Shown here: one piece after another, positions 31,338 to 41,091 of the stretch
Numbering within the stretch: the stretch's first letter is position 1
How the letters are laid out: each line of letters begins with the position of its first letter
Source: a bacterium
GTDB lineage: Bacteria > Patescibacteriota > Minisyncoccia > UBA6257 > HR35
DNA: 64,000 nucleotides
Reading direction: 5' to 3'
Assembly (NCBI GenBank): GCA_041640295.1
Contig: JBEQAR010000001.1
Location: forward strand, 16,453 to 80,452
The notes under the pieces: model-generated
Databases searched by the model: none
Told to the model about the DNA's origin: nothing
The model's input: the letters and a program-made list of their open reading frames with translations, nothing else
Made by a program: the position numbers and the translations under genes

Positions 31338-31886
31338 TTATATTTTAACAGGAAATCCTAATTTTTTCCATAAAATAATATTCTCGTTTTTGTTATTTGA
31401 ATTAGTAACAATAGTTATTTGTAAACCAAAATTATGTTTAATTTTATCAGAAATAGCTTCAGGGAAAATAGAAATTTCTTTGAAACCTAAATTTAAATTA
31501 CCCTTATTGTCTAAATTATTTTTTTGAATTCCCTTAAAATCTCGATATCGTGGTAAATAATAAGTAACTAACCTTTCAATAAAATCAAATAACCTTTTTT
31601 TTCTTAAAGTTACTAAAACAGCAACTGGCATTCCTTTTTTTAATTTAAAACCAGCAATTGATTTTCGTGCTTTTACTACCATTCCCCTTTGACCAGTAAT
31701 TCTTGCCAAAGCATAAAGAGCTTCTTCAATAATTTTATCTTTATTATCAGGATTTTGATTAATCAATTTTCCAATACCAATATTAACAACTGCTTTTATT
31801 GGTTTAGGCACTGCTAAAATATTTTTTATTCCTAATTCTTCCTTTAATTCAAATTTTATTTTATTGTTAAATTCTTCGTAAAGCAT
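31338..31886 (-). CDS. rplE: 50S ribosomal protein L5
   Basis: [25 protein letters not shown]; start at MLYEE. Confidence 0.96.
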   Translation of the reverse strand: MLYEEFNNKIKFELKEELGIKNILAVPKPIKAVVNIGIGKLINQNPDNKDKIIEEALYALARITGQRGMVVKARKSIAGFKLKKGMPVAVLVTLRKKRLFDFIERLVTYYLPRYRDFKGIQKNNLDNKGNLNLGFKEISIFPEAISDKIKHNFGLQITIVTNSNNKNENIILWKKLGFPVKI

Positions 31887-31887
31887 T

Positions 31888-32196
31888 TTAATTAAAAAGT
31901 TCCTTACACTTTTTACACCTTCTAAATTTTTGATCATTACTTATTTCATAACCGACCCGAGTTGGTTTCTTGCATTTAGGACAAATTAATTTAACCTTAC
32001 TCACATAAAGAGGTTGGGGAATACTAACAATTTGACCTTTTTCACCACTTCTCTTTGGTCGCAAATGTTTTTTAACCAAATTTAAACCTTCAACAATTAC
32101 TTTATTTTCCTTTGGTAAAGCTTTGATCACTTTTCCTGTTCTTCCCTTATCTTTACCACTAATTATTAAAACGGTATCACCTTTTTTAATTTTCAT
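31888..32196 (-). CDS. rplX: 50S ribosomal protein L24
   Basis: KKGDTVLIISGKDKG KOW motif, CxxC pairs. Confidence 0.97.
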   Translation of the reverse strand: MKIKKGDTVLIISGKDKGRTGKVIKALPKENKVIVEGLNLVKKHLRPKRSGEKGQIVSIPQPLYVSKVKLICPKCKKPTRVGYEISNDQKFRRCKKCKELFN

Positions 32197-32200
32197 TTTT

Positions 32201-32569
32201 TTAAACTAATTCTCTTGCCATACTTGCAATTTTCTCAAATTTTTTTTCTTTAATTTCTCTTGGTATTGGACCGAAAATTCTATTACCAATTGGATCGTCT
32301 TTTGTTCTTACAACAACAGCTGCATTTTCATCAAATCTAATCCAAGTACCATTTTTTCTCAAATAGGGTTTTCTTTGTCTAACAACAACTGCTTTTACTA
32401 CTTGCCCTTTTTTAATTTGCTTACCTGGTTCAGCTTCTTTTACTGAACAAACAATAATATCACCAATTTGAGCATACTTTCTATTACCAATACCAACAAA
32501 ACCAATACACATTAATTTAATTGCTCCACTATTATCAGCTGCTTTTAATATTGTTCTCGGTTGAATCAT
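32201..32569 (-). CDS. rplN: 50S ribosomal protein L14
   Basis: MIQPRT..ADNSGA, FDENAAV, RIFGPI. Confidence 0.98.
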   Translation of the reverse strand: MIQPRTILKAADNSGAIKLMCIGFVGIGNRKYAQIGDIIVCSVKEAEPGKQIKKGQVVKAVVVRQRKPYLRKNGTWIRFDENAAVVVRTKDDPIGNRIFGPIPREIKEKKFEKIASMARELV

Positions 32570-32810
32570 TGTTATTATTTAAAACTTTAACTAATCGCCA
32601 CCTTTTTAATTTTGAAATTGGACGAACATATTCAATTAAAACAGTATCACCTTCTTTTGCTATTTCTCGCTCATCATGGGCATAATATTTCGTTCTATGT
32701 TTCAAATATTTCTTATACAAAGGATGTTGTTTAATAGTTTCTGATAAAACAACAATTGTTTTTTGCATTTTGGTTGATATTACTTTCCCGATTACTCTTT
32801 TTCTAACCAT
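32535..32810 (-). CDS. rpsQ: 30S ribosomal protein S17
   Basis: KMQKTIVV, HPLYKK, AHDE, RPISKLKRW. Confidence 0.96.
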   Translation of the reverse strand: MVRKRVIGKVISTKMQKTIVVLSETIKQHPLYKKYLKHRTKYYAHDEREIAKEGDTVLIEYVRPISKLKRWRLVKVLNNNNDSTENNIKSS

Positions 32811-32997
32811 TTCTCTGTTTTTCATTAATAACCGTTAATATCCGCGCAATATTTTTTTTAGTTAATTTTAATAAATGTGGTTTGTTTAATTTTTTTAATG
32901 ATTTTTCTATCTTTAAATTAAACAATTTTTTTCTTTCTTCGGCTAATAATTTAAATAATTCTGATAAAGATTTTAATCTCAATTCTTTAGCTTTCAT
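32803..32997 (-). CDS. rpmC: 50S ribosomal protein L29
   Basis: MKAKELR..KKNIARILT; operon position. Confidence 0.94.
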   Translation of the reverse strand: MKAKELRLKSLSELFKLLAEERKKLFNLKIEKSLKKLNKPHLLKLTKKNIARILTVINEKQRNG

Positions 32998-33406
32998 CTT
33001 TTTTAATAATTTTTACCTTAATTGGTAATTTACATCCAGCTGATTTTAAAGCTTCAAAAGCTAAATCTTCAGATAAAGTATAAACTTCAAAAAGAATATT
33101 ACCAGCCTTAACTAAGGTAGCATAATGATCAATATCTCCTTTACCTCCACCCATTCTCACACCCTCTGGTTTTTTAGTTCTTGTTAAATGAGGAAAAATT
33201 TTTAACCATACTCTCCCTTTCTTACCTAAAATTCTTTTCAATTCTTTTAAAGCTGCTTCGATTTGTTTATCTTTTAAATATTTGGTTTCCAAACTTTTTA
33301 AACCATAATTACCAAAATCTAAATCAATATTAGCAGTTGCTATTGCCCTTTTTAACCTTCTACCCTTCATCCATTTACGATGTTTTAACTTTCTTGGCTG
33401 AAGCAT
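32987..33406 (-). CDS. rplP: 50S ribosomal protein L16
   Basis: MLQPRKLKHRK, KKPEGVRMGGGKG, KLPIK. Confidence 0.97.
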   Translation of the reverse strand: MLQPRKLKHRKWMKGRRLKRAIATANIDLDFGNYGLKSLETKYLKDKQIEAALKELKRILGKKGRVWLKIFPHLTRTKKPEGVRMGGGKGDIDHYATLVKAGNILFEVYTLSEDLAFEALKSAGCKLPIKVKIIKKDES

Positions 33407-34080
33407 TATTCCTCTTTATAATCTTTACTTTCGCCCTTATACAACCAAACTTTAATTCCTATTATTCCATATTTAGTTAAAGCCTCAACGAAAGCATAAT
33501 CTATTTTAGCTTTAAATGTTGATAAAGGTAATTTCCCCCATGACAATGTTTCTGTTCTGTGAATAGTAGCACCATTAATTCTTCCAGAAATTTTAATTTT
33601 TATTCCTTGAATTTCTTTATGTTGTCTAGCTTTTTCTATTATTTTTTTCATCACTCCTCTTGCTGGTTTATTTTTTTCAATATCAATAGCTGCTAATTGA
33701 GCCAAATAGCTTGCATAAAGTGTTGGTTTTTTTACTTCTTCAACAGAAATTTCTAAAGCTGGTTGAGGAAGATTGTTCTTTTTAAACAAAGGATCCAATT
33801 TTTTAACAATTTCTTCTTGTAATCTTTTTAACTTCTGCCCTTCTCTACCTATTAAATTACCAGGTTTAGCTGATCTTAAAATTACTCGGCAATGCTCTTG
33901 ATCCTTCCTTTCAATAATAACTTCAATAACATCTCCTTTTTTAATTCGTTCATTAATTATTTTTCTAATCAAATAATCAGCCTCAAGAAATATTCTAAAA
34001 TTTCTTTTGAAAAACCATTTTGATTTCCAATACTCATTAATCCCTAATCGATTAGCATAAGGTGAAACTTTATGACCCAT
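33406..34080 (-). CDS. rpsC: 30S ribosomal protein S3
   Basis: MGHKVSP, KH domain, SGRING, TKYGIIGIKVW. Confidence 0.97.
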   Translation of the reverse strand: MGHKVSPYANRLGINEYWKSKWFFKRNFRIFLEADYLIRKIINERIKKGDVIEVIIERKDQEHCRVILRSAKPGNLIGREGQKLKRLQEEIVKKLDPLFKKNNLPQPALEISVEEVKKPTLYASYLAQLAAIDIEKNKPARGVMKKIIEKARQHKEIQGIKIKISGRINGATIHRTETLSWGKLPLSTFKAKIDYAFVEALTKYGIIGIKVWLYKGESKDYKEE

Positions 34081-34408
34081 TTTTTTTATCTAATTCCAAA
34101 GCAATATGAGAAGTTCGTTTAATAATTCGACCGACATGACCTCTTGACATTGCTCGATATCGTTTTTGTTTTGGTCCTTCATTAACGATAATGTTTTTAA
34201 TAACTAAATTCTCTTTTTTTAATTGTTTTTGTTTTTCAGCAACATCAATTCCGTGTTTTAATAATTTTAACAAACTTTTTGCTGCTCTTTTAGGCGATAA
34301 GATTAATTGTTTCTCAGCATTTACCACTTCTAAGCCTTTAATCATATTAGCTACCATTCTTACTTTTCTTGGTGAAATATTTAAATAACGTAAATGAACC
34401 TTAATCAT
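34070..34408 (-). CDS. rplV: 50S ribosomal protein L22
   Basis: ISPRKVR, VNEGP, KRTSHI. Confidence 0.97.
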   Translation of the reverse strand: MIKVHLRYLNISPRKVRMVANMIKGLEVVNAEKQLILSPKRAAKSLLKLLKHGIDVAEKQKQLKKENLVIKNIIVNEGPKQKRYRAMSRGHVGRIIKRTSHIALELDKKNGS

Positions 34409-34425
34409 TTTTTAAAAATTAATTT

Positions 34426-34737
34426 TTATTTTTGTAAGGCTTGTTTTTTCTCTAACTCTCTTTGTAATTTTCCACCATGTTTAAGAAACTTTCTTGTCGG
34501 AGCAAATTCTCCTAAACGATGACCCACCATATCTTCAATCACCTTAAATTTTATAAACTGTTTACCATTATAGACTTCAAAAACCATTCCCACCATTTCC
34601 GGTATAATAATTGAATCCCGTGACCAAGTTTTAATTGGATATTTATCCCTTTCTTCTATTGGCAACTGAAGCAACTTTTTAACTTTCTTAAGTAATTTTT
34701 CATTAACATATGGTCCTTTTTTTAAACTTCGTGACAT
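34426..34737 (-). CDS. rpsS: 30S ribosomal protein S19
   Basis: [30 protein letters not shown]. Confidence 0.98.
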   Translation of the reverse strand: MSRSLKKGPYVNEKLLKKVKKLLQLPIEERDKYPIKTWSRDSIIIPEMVGMVFEVYNGKQFIKFKVIEDMVGHRLGEFAPTRKFLKHGGKLQRELEKKQALQK

Positions 34738-34738
34738 T

Positions 34739-35575
34739 TTATTTTCTTCTCTTGGCAATTAATTTAGAATAAGGATTTCTTTTTCTTCTTGTTTTTCGAC
34801 CACCAGTAATTTTACCCCACTTTGTTTTTGGTCTTCTTGTTCCTCGGGGAGCGCGACCTTCACCTCCACCATAAGGATGATCGCGTGGATTCATAGCGCT
34901 TCCTCTAACATTTGGTCGAAAACCTTTCCAAATTTTTCTTCCTGCTTTTCCTAATCTGATATTACGATGATTAACATTTGATACTCTTCCTACAGTAGCA
35001 TAACACTCTTTAGATACTTTTCTAATTTCACTAGATGGCATTTTAAGAGTAGCATATTTTTCATCACAACCCATCATAATAGCTGCTGAACCGGCTGAAC
35101 GAACTAATTTACCTTTTCCTTTAGGAACTAATTCAATTTCATAAATTTCTGTACCTGGTGGAATATTTTTTAAAGGCAACCGATTGCCAATTTTTATTGG
35201 CGCTGATTCAGAACAAATTATTTCATCTCCAACCTTTATTCCTTCAGGAGCTAAATGATACCTTCTTTCTCCATCTCGATAACAAACAAGCATAATAAAA
35301 GCACTCCGATTAGGATCATATTCAATTGTTTCCACTTTAGCTAAAATATCTTTTTTATCTAAACGAGAAAAATCTATTAATCGATAAAGTCTTCGATGCA
35401 CTGGATTTTTCCTAAAGCGAGTAGTTATCCTTCCTTGATTATTCCTTGCTGTTCTTTTTTTTAAAGAAATCAAAAGTGGCTTATATGGTTCATCAGTAGT
35501 TAAAACTTTTTTATAATCAACAAGAATAGTTACTCTCTTTCCTGGTCCTCTTGATTTAATAATTTTTAATGACAT
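34739..35575 (-). CDS. rplB: 50S ribosomal protein L2
   Basis: [35 protein letters not shown]. Confidence 0.98.
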   Translation of the reverse strand: MSLKIIKSRGPGKRVTILVDYKKVLTTDEPYKPLLISLKKRTARNNQGRITTRFRKNPVHRRLYRLIDFSRLDKKDILAKVETIEYDPNRSAFIMLVCYRDGERRYHLAPEGIKVGDEIICSESAPIKIGNRLPLKNIPPGTEIYEIELVPKGKGKLVRSAGSAAIMMGCDEKYATLKMPSSEIRKVSKECYATVGRVSNVNHRNIRLGKAGRKIWKGFRPNVRGSAMNPRDHPYGGGEGRAPRGTRRPKTKWGKITGGRKTRRKRNPYSKLIAKRRK

Positions 35576-35673
35576 AATAAAAATTGCTTTTAATTAATTT
35601 CCTCGACAACTGATTTTTAGAAAAATTAAATTAAATTATATCAAAAAAATAATTGAAATCAAAATTATATTAT

Positions 35674-35748
35674 CGGGGGAGGTAGGATTCGAACCTACAA
35701 CCTCTGGTTTTGGAGACCAGCGCTCTACCAATTAGGAGCTACTCCCCC
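35674..35748 (-). tRNA. tRNA-Trp(CCA)
   Basis: Reverse complement GGGGGAG/CTCCCCC-G, CTGGT-CT CCA AA-ACCAG. Confidence 0.94.
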
Positions 35749-35766
35749 TTATTAAAAATTATAACA

Positions 35767-37203
35767 TTAAATATCAGAATTTTGACTATTTTTTTTATTA
35801 ATTTCTATTTTTATTCCTAATTCATCTAATTGTTCTTTTTTTACTTCATCAGGTGCAAGCATCATTAAATCTCTACCTTCACCAGTCTTAGGAAAAGCAA
35901 TAACTTCTCTAATATTAGGTTCATTTTCTAAAACCATAATTATCCTATCTAAACCAGGAGCAATACCTCCATGAGGCGGTACGCCATAATCAAAAGCTTT
36001 CAACAAGTGACCAAATTTTTTATATATCTCCTCTTCTTGATGACCTAATACTTTAAATACTTCTATTAAAATATCTTTATCGGTTGTTCTAATACTACCC
36101 CCACCTATTTCATAACCATTACAAACAAAATCGTATTGTTCACTAATTAAATCTAAGGGTGAAGATTTTAATTTTGCAATTATTTTATCTTTATTAAAAT
36201 TACCCTCAGTTAATTTGGGTTGGGTAAAAGGATGGTGCATTGGATTCAGTGTTCCATCTTCTAAAATCTCAAACATTGGAAAATCAACAATAAAACAAAA
36301 AGCTAATTCGTCTTTATCTTCTTTATTTTTTCTTAAATCCGGTTTATCAGTCTTAAAATTTTGTATTACTTCTTGGTAGCTTAGGCGGGGAAATGGGATT
36401 TGGGTAATTCTTTTGTGAGGATATAAATTTCTAACCAATTCAATAAATAATTCTTCAATAAGATTTAAAATATCATCACGACTAACAAAGCTCATTTCTA
36501 AATCAAGTTGAGTAAATTCTGGTTGTCGATCACCACGAGGATCTTCATCGCGAAAACAACGAGCAATTTGGAAATATTTTTCAATTCCTGCTACCATCAA
36601 AAGTTGTTTATATTGTTGAGGTGATTGAGGAAGAGCATAAAATTTACCCTTATGAAGCCTAGATGGTACTAAATAATCTCTTGCCCCCTCTGGTGTTGAT
36701 TTGGTTAAAATTGGTGTTTCGATTTCAATAAAGCCTCTTTGGGCTAACCAATTTCTAATAAATAAAATCACTCGATGTCTGTTCGTTAAATTTTTTTGCA
36801 ATCTTTCTCTTCTTAAATCAAGATAGCGATATTTTAATCTTATTTCTTCATTAATTTCATAACCATCGCTGTCGATAGGTAGTGGTAAAATTTGAGCTTC
36901 AGATAAAACTTCTATTCCATCAACAATTAACTCTATTTCGCCAGTTAAAATTTTTGGATTAATTAATTTCTCTTCCCTTTTTTTGATTAAACCCTCAACT
37001 TTAATAACAAATTCTTCTCTTAATTCCTTCGCTATTTGCCAAGAGGAAGAACTTTGCAGAACTACACATTGAATAATCCCACTTCTATCTCTTAAATCAA
37101 AAAAAATTATCTTCCCATGCGAACGAATTGAATGAATCCAACCAAAAAGTTCAACCCGTTCGCCAACTTTATCCCTCGTTTCCAAAATATCTATTTTTTT
37201 CAT
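35767..37203 (-). CDS. aspS: Aspartate-tRNA ligase, short form lacking the GAD domain
   Basis: STPEGARDY, LPQSPQ, CFRDED, HHPFT, PPHGGIAPGLDR; DKPDLR joined almost directly to FIVDFPMFE. Confidence 0.95.
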   Translation of the reverse strand: MKKIDILETRDKVGERVELFGWIHSIRSHGKIIFFDLRDRSGIIQCVVLQSSSSWQIAKELREEFVIKVEGLIKKREEKLINPKILTGEIELIVDGIEVLSEAQILPLPIDSDGYEINEEIRLKYRYLDLRRERLQKNLTNRHRVILFIRNWLAQRGFIEIETPILTKSTPEGARDYLVPSRLHKGKFYALPQSPQQYKQLLMVAGIEKYFQIARCFRDEDPRGDRQPEFTQLDLEMSFVSRDDILNLIEELFIELVRNLYPHKRITQIPFPRLSYQEVIQNFKTDKPDLRKNKEDKDELAFCFIVDFPMFEILEDGTLNPMHHPFTQPKLTEGNFNKDKIIAKLKSSPLDLISEQYDFVCNGYEIGGGSIRTTDKDILIEVFKVLGHQEEEIYKKFGHLLKAFDYGVPPHGGIAPGLDRIIMVLENEPNIREVIAFPKTGEGRDLMMLAPDEVKKEQLDELGIKIEINKKNSQNSDI

Positions 37204-37258
37204 TTTAACAATAATTATATACTAAAATATCCTTTAATTCATTAATCTTACTATATAT

Positions 37259-38419
37259 TTACATAAGATCCTCTTTGGTTGTAAAATTAGGTTTTGAATT
37301 GGGGCAGGTAGATGATTTTTTAAAATTAATAATTTTTTGATAATTATTTTCAATAATAGATTGCAGTTCTTGATCAGTATTTAAATTAATGTAAATTGTA
37401 TCAAAAATATTTTTTGTTTTTTCTAAATTATGTGAATACATTATTAAATTATGCCCAGCCTTAAGAGCTTTTATTCCTCTTTCTGCCGGATCTATTCCTT
37501 TAATATCTAAAATCATCTCCGAAAGATCATCGCTAATAATAATACCATTAAAATTTAATTGCCTCCCTAAAATTTCTTTAATAATTTTAGAAGAAAAAGT
37601 AGCTAAATTCTTAGAATCTATATTTTCATAAATAGCATGACCAGTCATTACAAAATCAGCTCCATTATTTATACCATCTTTAAAAATCATTAAAGATTGA
37701 TTAAACATATCTCGTTGAACACTAAGTATTGGTAATTCATCGTGTGGATCTTTGGTAAAAACTCCTAAACCAGGAAAATGCTTTAAGGTAGCTGAAATAT
37801 TGTATTTTTTTAATAAGTTAATAAATGTTCTATTAAATGATATTAAATCTTCATAATTATCAAAAGGAATTCGTTTTTTAATAAAGCTATCATTATTAAA
37901 AGGAAAATCGGCGAGAGGCGCAAGTAAAACATTAATTCCTAATTTAGATAAAACTTCGACTCCTTGTTCGATAGTTCTCCAATCAGGAAAATTAAAATAA
38001 AAAACATTTTGAAATAATTTAAGTCGAGTAGCCCCGTTAGGTTCTTCATCTATCATAATAAAATAACAAGTACCACTTTCCTCCTGGGAAATTTTTTGTA
38101 ATTGACTGATTAATTCTTTAAATTGCAAATTTGATTGATAATTTCTTGCATAAAGTACAATGCCTGCTGGTTTAATATATCGAAGAATAGCCTCAGTTTT
38201 TTCATCAATTATCTTATTAGGAATTCCAACTACCAAATTTTGTCCTAATTTTTCTTTAAAATTTTTATTTAAGTTAGTTTCAATATTATTCTTTTTAGAA
38301 AATAAAAGAAAAGGATTACTTGGTTGATAAAAATTTAAATTCGGTTGTTTAATAATAAATAAGCAAATAATTAATGTAGTAAAAAAGATTAATAGAACTA
38401 AATTTATTTTTAACCCCAT
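37259..38419 (-). CDS. GH3 beta-N-acetylhexosaminidase (NagZ-like), N-terminal membrane anchor
   Basis: IDEE, KHFPGLG..DPH, VMTGH, IISDDL. Confidence 0.82.
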   Translation of the reverse strand: MGLKINLVLLIFFTTLIICLFIIKQPNLNFYQPSNPFLLFSKKNNIETNLNKNFKEKLGQNLVVGIPNKIIDEKTEAILRYIKPAGIVLYARNYQSNLQFKELISQLQKISQEESGTCYFIMIDEEPNGATRLKLFQNVFYFNFPDWRTIEQGVEVLSKLGINVLLAPLADFPFNNDSFIKKRIPFDNYEDLISFNRTFINLLKKYNISATLKHFPGLGVFTKDPHDELPILSVQRDMFNQSLMIFKDGINNGADFVMTGHAIYENIDSKNLATFSSKIIKEILGRQLNFNGIIISDDLSEMILDIKGIDPAERGIKALKAGHNLIMYSHNLEKTKNIFDTIYINLNTDQELQSIIENNYQKIINFKKSSTCPNSKPNFTTKEDLM

Positions 38420-38422
38420 TAT

Positions 38423-41023
38423 CTAAAATTTGATATTTCCACGATCATCAACATTAAAATTTTTAACTCTTATTTTTCCTTCTAAATCAACCTCTCTTGT
38501 TGAATAATAGTAATAAGGATCTTTATTGATAAACCAAATTATAAATTTCTTTATATTTTGATTATCAATTCTATCACCTTCTACCCTTACAAGATTAAAA
38601 GCAACAGAATAAGAGGAATTTTTATTTAATTTCTCTAATAGAATTAACGGAATATTTATTTTTTTGCCTGGCTCTATATTTTTACCTAATAAAATATTTT
38701 TAATTTGATCAAATGGAATTTTTGCTATAGTATTCTTGTTAGAATCTTCTATTATAATATCTTTAATTTTCCAACTACCAAAGAACTCCTCAATTTTTTT
38801 TAAAGTATGATTATCTATTATGATTTTATCTCTACCTATGTTTTCAAAATAAATATCAAAAGAATTATTATTTAAATTTTTTTCAAAATCTATATTACCT
38901 ATTTCTTCATCAGCCAAATAAGCATAATATTTAAAATCAGGATTACATTCTGAAGATTCCCATTCAGCATATGATTCTACTAATAAATTATTTTTTTTAA
39001 GATTTCCTCTGTAAAAATTCTTATCTTTATCCATTAAAATCAAATCAGTTATTTCTATTGAAAGTTCTCCACCTTTATTATTAGGCTTATAATAAATTTG
39101 CATTACATCAACATCTTTATCTATAAAAATTGGTTGATCTAATTTGTACCAATATATTCCATCTCTCTCTTCAACTAAAGATAAAGTTGAACTGCCTACT
39201 GTTTCATAATCATAAAAAGGGCCGCAGGCATATGTTGGTTTTATTAAATTTTGAAAATATTTTCCAATATTACCTTCTCTTTTCAGAAACTCTATTTTGA
39301 ATTCTTTTATTAAATCAATATTATTAATATTAAAACCAATATAAACTAACAAAAACTTATCAGAAATTTTGATAACCGTTCCAATATAAGAGAAAAAATG
39401 ACTCTCTACACCCAAAATAGGATATTCATATTCTTTAGGTTTGTCTAATCCCCTTTTGTAAGCTTGAGAATATTTAGGAATTAATAAAAATTTTTTCTGA
39501 GTTACTTCATCTGTGTATTGATTAATACTATAATATTCACTATGCGGAGAATTAGGAAGATAAGCATAGCATAAATGAATAGTTACTTTATCTGTAGTTT
39601 TTAAATTTTTAATTGAAACGAAATCAATAATTTTATCGGCTAATGTTTTTTCAAAAATTAATTCTTCATCACTCCAATAAATTTCTGGCACTCTAATTTC
39701 TATTTTATTATATTTATAAGCTATTAAAGCTTCTTTTTCATTTAAAGCTTTTTTATAAATTCTTATACCATCTATATAACCAACAAAAGTTGATTCAATA
39801 TTTAAATTTGTTCCTCCAATTTGTAAATCACCTGGTTTCGCTATTTCTGTCCAATATTGAGAAACATTATCAATATCATTATCTTTTTTTTCTCCATTAA
39901 TATAAAAATTCACTTCTTTAGTTTTGAAATTCCAAGTAACGATTATATGATTCCATTCATTATCTTTTAAAGGATCAAAAATTAAGTTGTAATTTTTTTT
40001 AGGTGCTTGAGCAGGATAAAAATATAAATTACCATCAGGATCAATACCTAATTCGATGTTCCATTTACTATCAATAACTAATCTTTGGTATTTACCATTT
40101 TTTCTCTCAATTGGTTTGACCCATAACTCAATACTTCCTTCATTACCATTAATAGCTGATTCCTGATTTTCTTTTTGTAATATTTGGAAATAGGCGTCAT
40201 TAATATCCGTATAACCCTCTCTCTTATTCCAGTTATCAAAAAAAATAAAACATCTATTATGATGTTGGCAATTTATTAATAAATTTTGGGCAGATTGATA
40301 AATACTTAGTACTCCAAAAAATTCACTTTTGTAATTATTTCCAGTTAAATCTTCGAAATTTAATTTATATACATATTCTCCCAAGTATTTTTGGTCTGGT
40401 GTGAATAATTCGTCAGAAAATAAAAATTTTGGTTTATTAAGAATATACCAAATATCAGGTTGTGGTAATAAACTTTCACTATAATCAAAAGTTTTATTAT
40501 ATTGATTTTGTTTAATGCCAATTTTATTTTCTATTAAACTATTTATATTATTATTACTATAGTAAACAAAAACAGATTTCTTTTGATAAGGTTTTATTAT
40601 AGGAATCTCCAACAAAATTTCTGTAGTTTTATCAGTACATTTATTCAAAATTTTATATTTGATTTCCAAATTAAGATCAGGATCAATAAATTTTAAATTA
40701 TTACAATTAAAATCTAATTTACCACTTCTGACTAAAGACAAAGTGTCGAAACTGGTAAGAATTGGAAAATTTTTAAGGGAATCGTCGTTGTTTAAATTAA
40801 AAGAAAATTTACGACTATACAACTTATCAGATAAGAGATTATTATTTACATTTTCTGTTTTTTTTATTTGAAAATTAGAAATAATATTTTGTAATGAATT
40901 ATTATTACTGAAAAACTTATAAAATCCAAAAATTAAGCCAACTAAAAAAAGAAATAAAAGAATAACTATTAAAAATTTGTATTTCAACTTAAAATTTAAT
41001 AAATTAAACTTTTGAAATAACAT
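38423..41023 (-). CDS. Membrane-anchored DUF2341-like + LamG-like jellyroll protein
   Basis: N-terminal TM; FDTLSLVRSGKLDFNCNNLKF (DUF2341-like); SIELWVKP..WNHIIVTW..FYING..GYIDGIRIYKKAL (LamG). Confidence 0.72.
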   Translation of the reverse strand: MLFQKFNLLNFKLKYKFLIVILLFLFLVGLIFGFYKFFSNNNSLQNIISNFQIKKTENVNNNLLSDKLYSRKFSFNLNNDDSLKNFPILTSFDTLSLVRSGKLDFNCNNLKFIDPDLNLEIKYKILNKCTDKTTEILLEIPIIKPYQKKSVFVYYSNNNINSLIENKIGIKQNQYNKTFDYSESLLPQPDIWYILNKPKFLFSDELFTPDQKYLGEYVYKLNFEDLTGNNYKSEFFGVLSIYQSAQNLLINCQHHNRCFIFFDNWNKREGYTDINDAYFQILQKENQESAINGNEGSIELWVKPIERKNGKYQRLVIDSKWNIELGIDPDGNLYFYPAQAPKKNYNLIFDPLKDNEWNHIIVTWNFKTKEVNFYINGEKKDNDIDNVSQYWTEIAKPGDLQIGGTNLNIESTFVGYIDGIRIYKKALNEKEALIAYKYNKIEIRVPEIYWSDEELIFEKTLADKIIDFVSIKNLKTTDKVTIHLCYAYLPNSPHSEYYSINQYTDEVTQKKFLLIPKYSQAYKRGLDKPKEYEYPILGVESHFFSYIGTVIKISDKFLLVYIGFNINNIDLIKEFKIEFLKREGNIGKYFQNLIKPTYACGPFYDYETVGSSTLSLVEERDGIYWYKLDQPIFIDKDVDVMQIYYKPNNKGGELSIEITDLILMDKDKNFYRGNLKKNNLLVESYAEWESSECNPDFKYYAYLADEEIGNIDFEKNLNNNSFDIYFENIGRDKIIIDNHTLKKIEEFFGSWKIKDIIIEDSNKNTIAKIPFDQIKNILLGKNIEPGKKINIPLILLEKLNKNSSYSVAFNLVRVEGDRIDNQNIKKFIIWFINKDPYYYYSTREVDLEGKIRVKNFNVDDRGNIKF

Positions 41024-41091
41024 AAAAATTTTCTGTATCTTTATTTTTTATTAATTTTAAAATTAATATTTAAATTATACAAATAAGTTTT

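Noticed and set aside
35674-35748. Archaeal-type tRNA-Trp identity
   Set aside because: The discriminator is G73, the bacterial type
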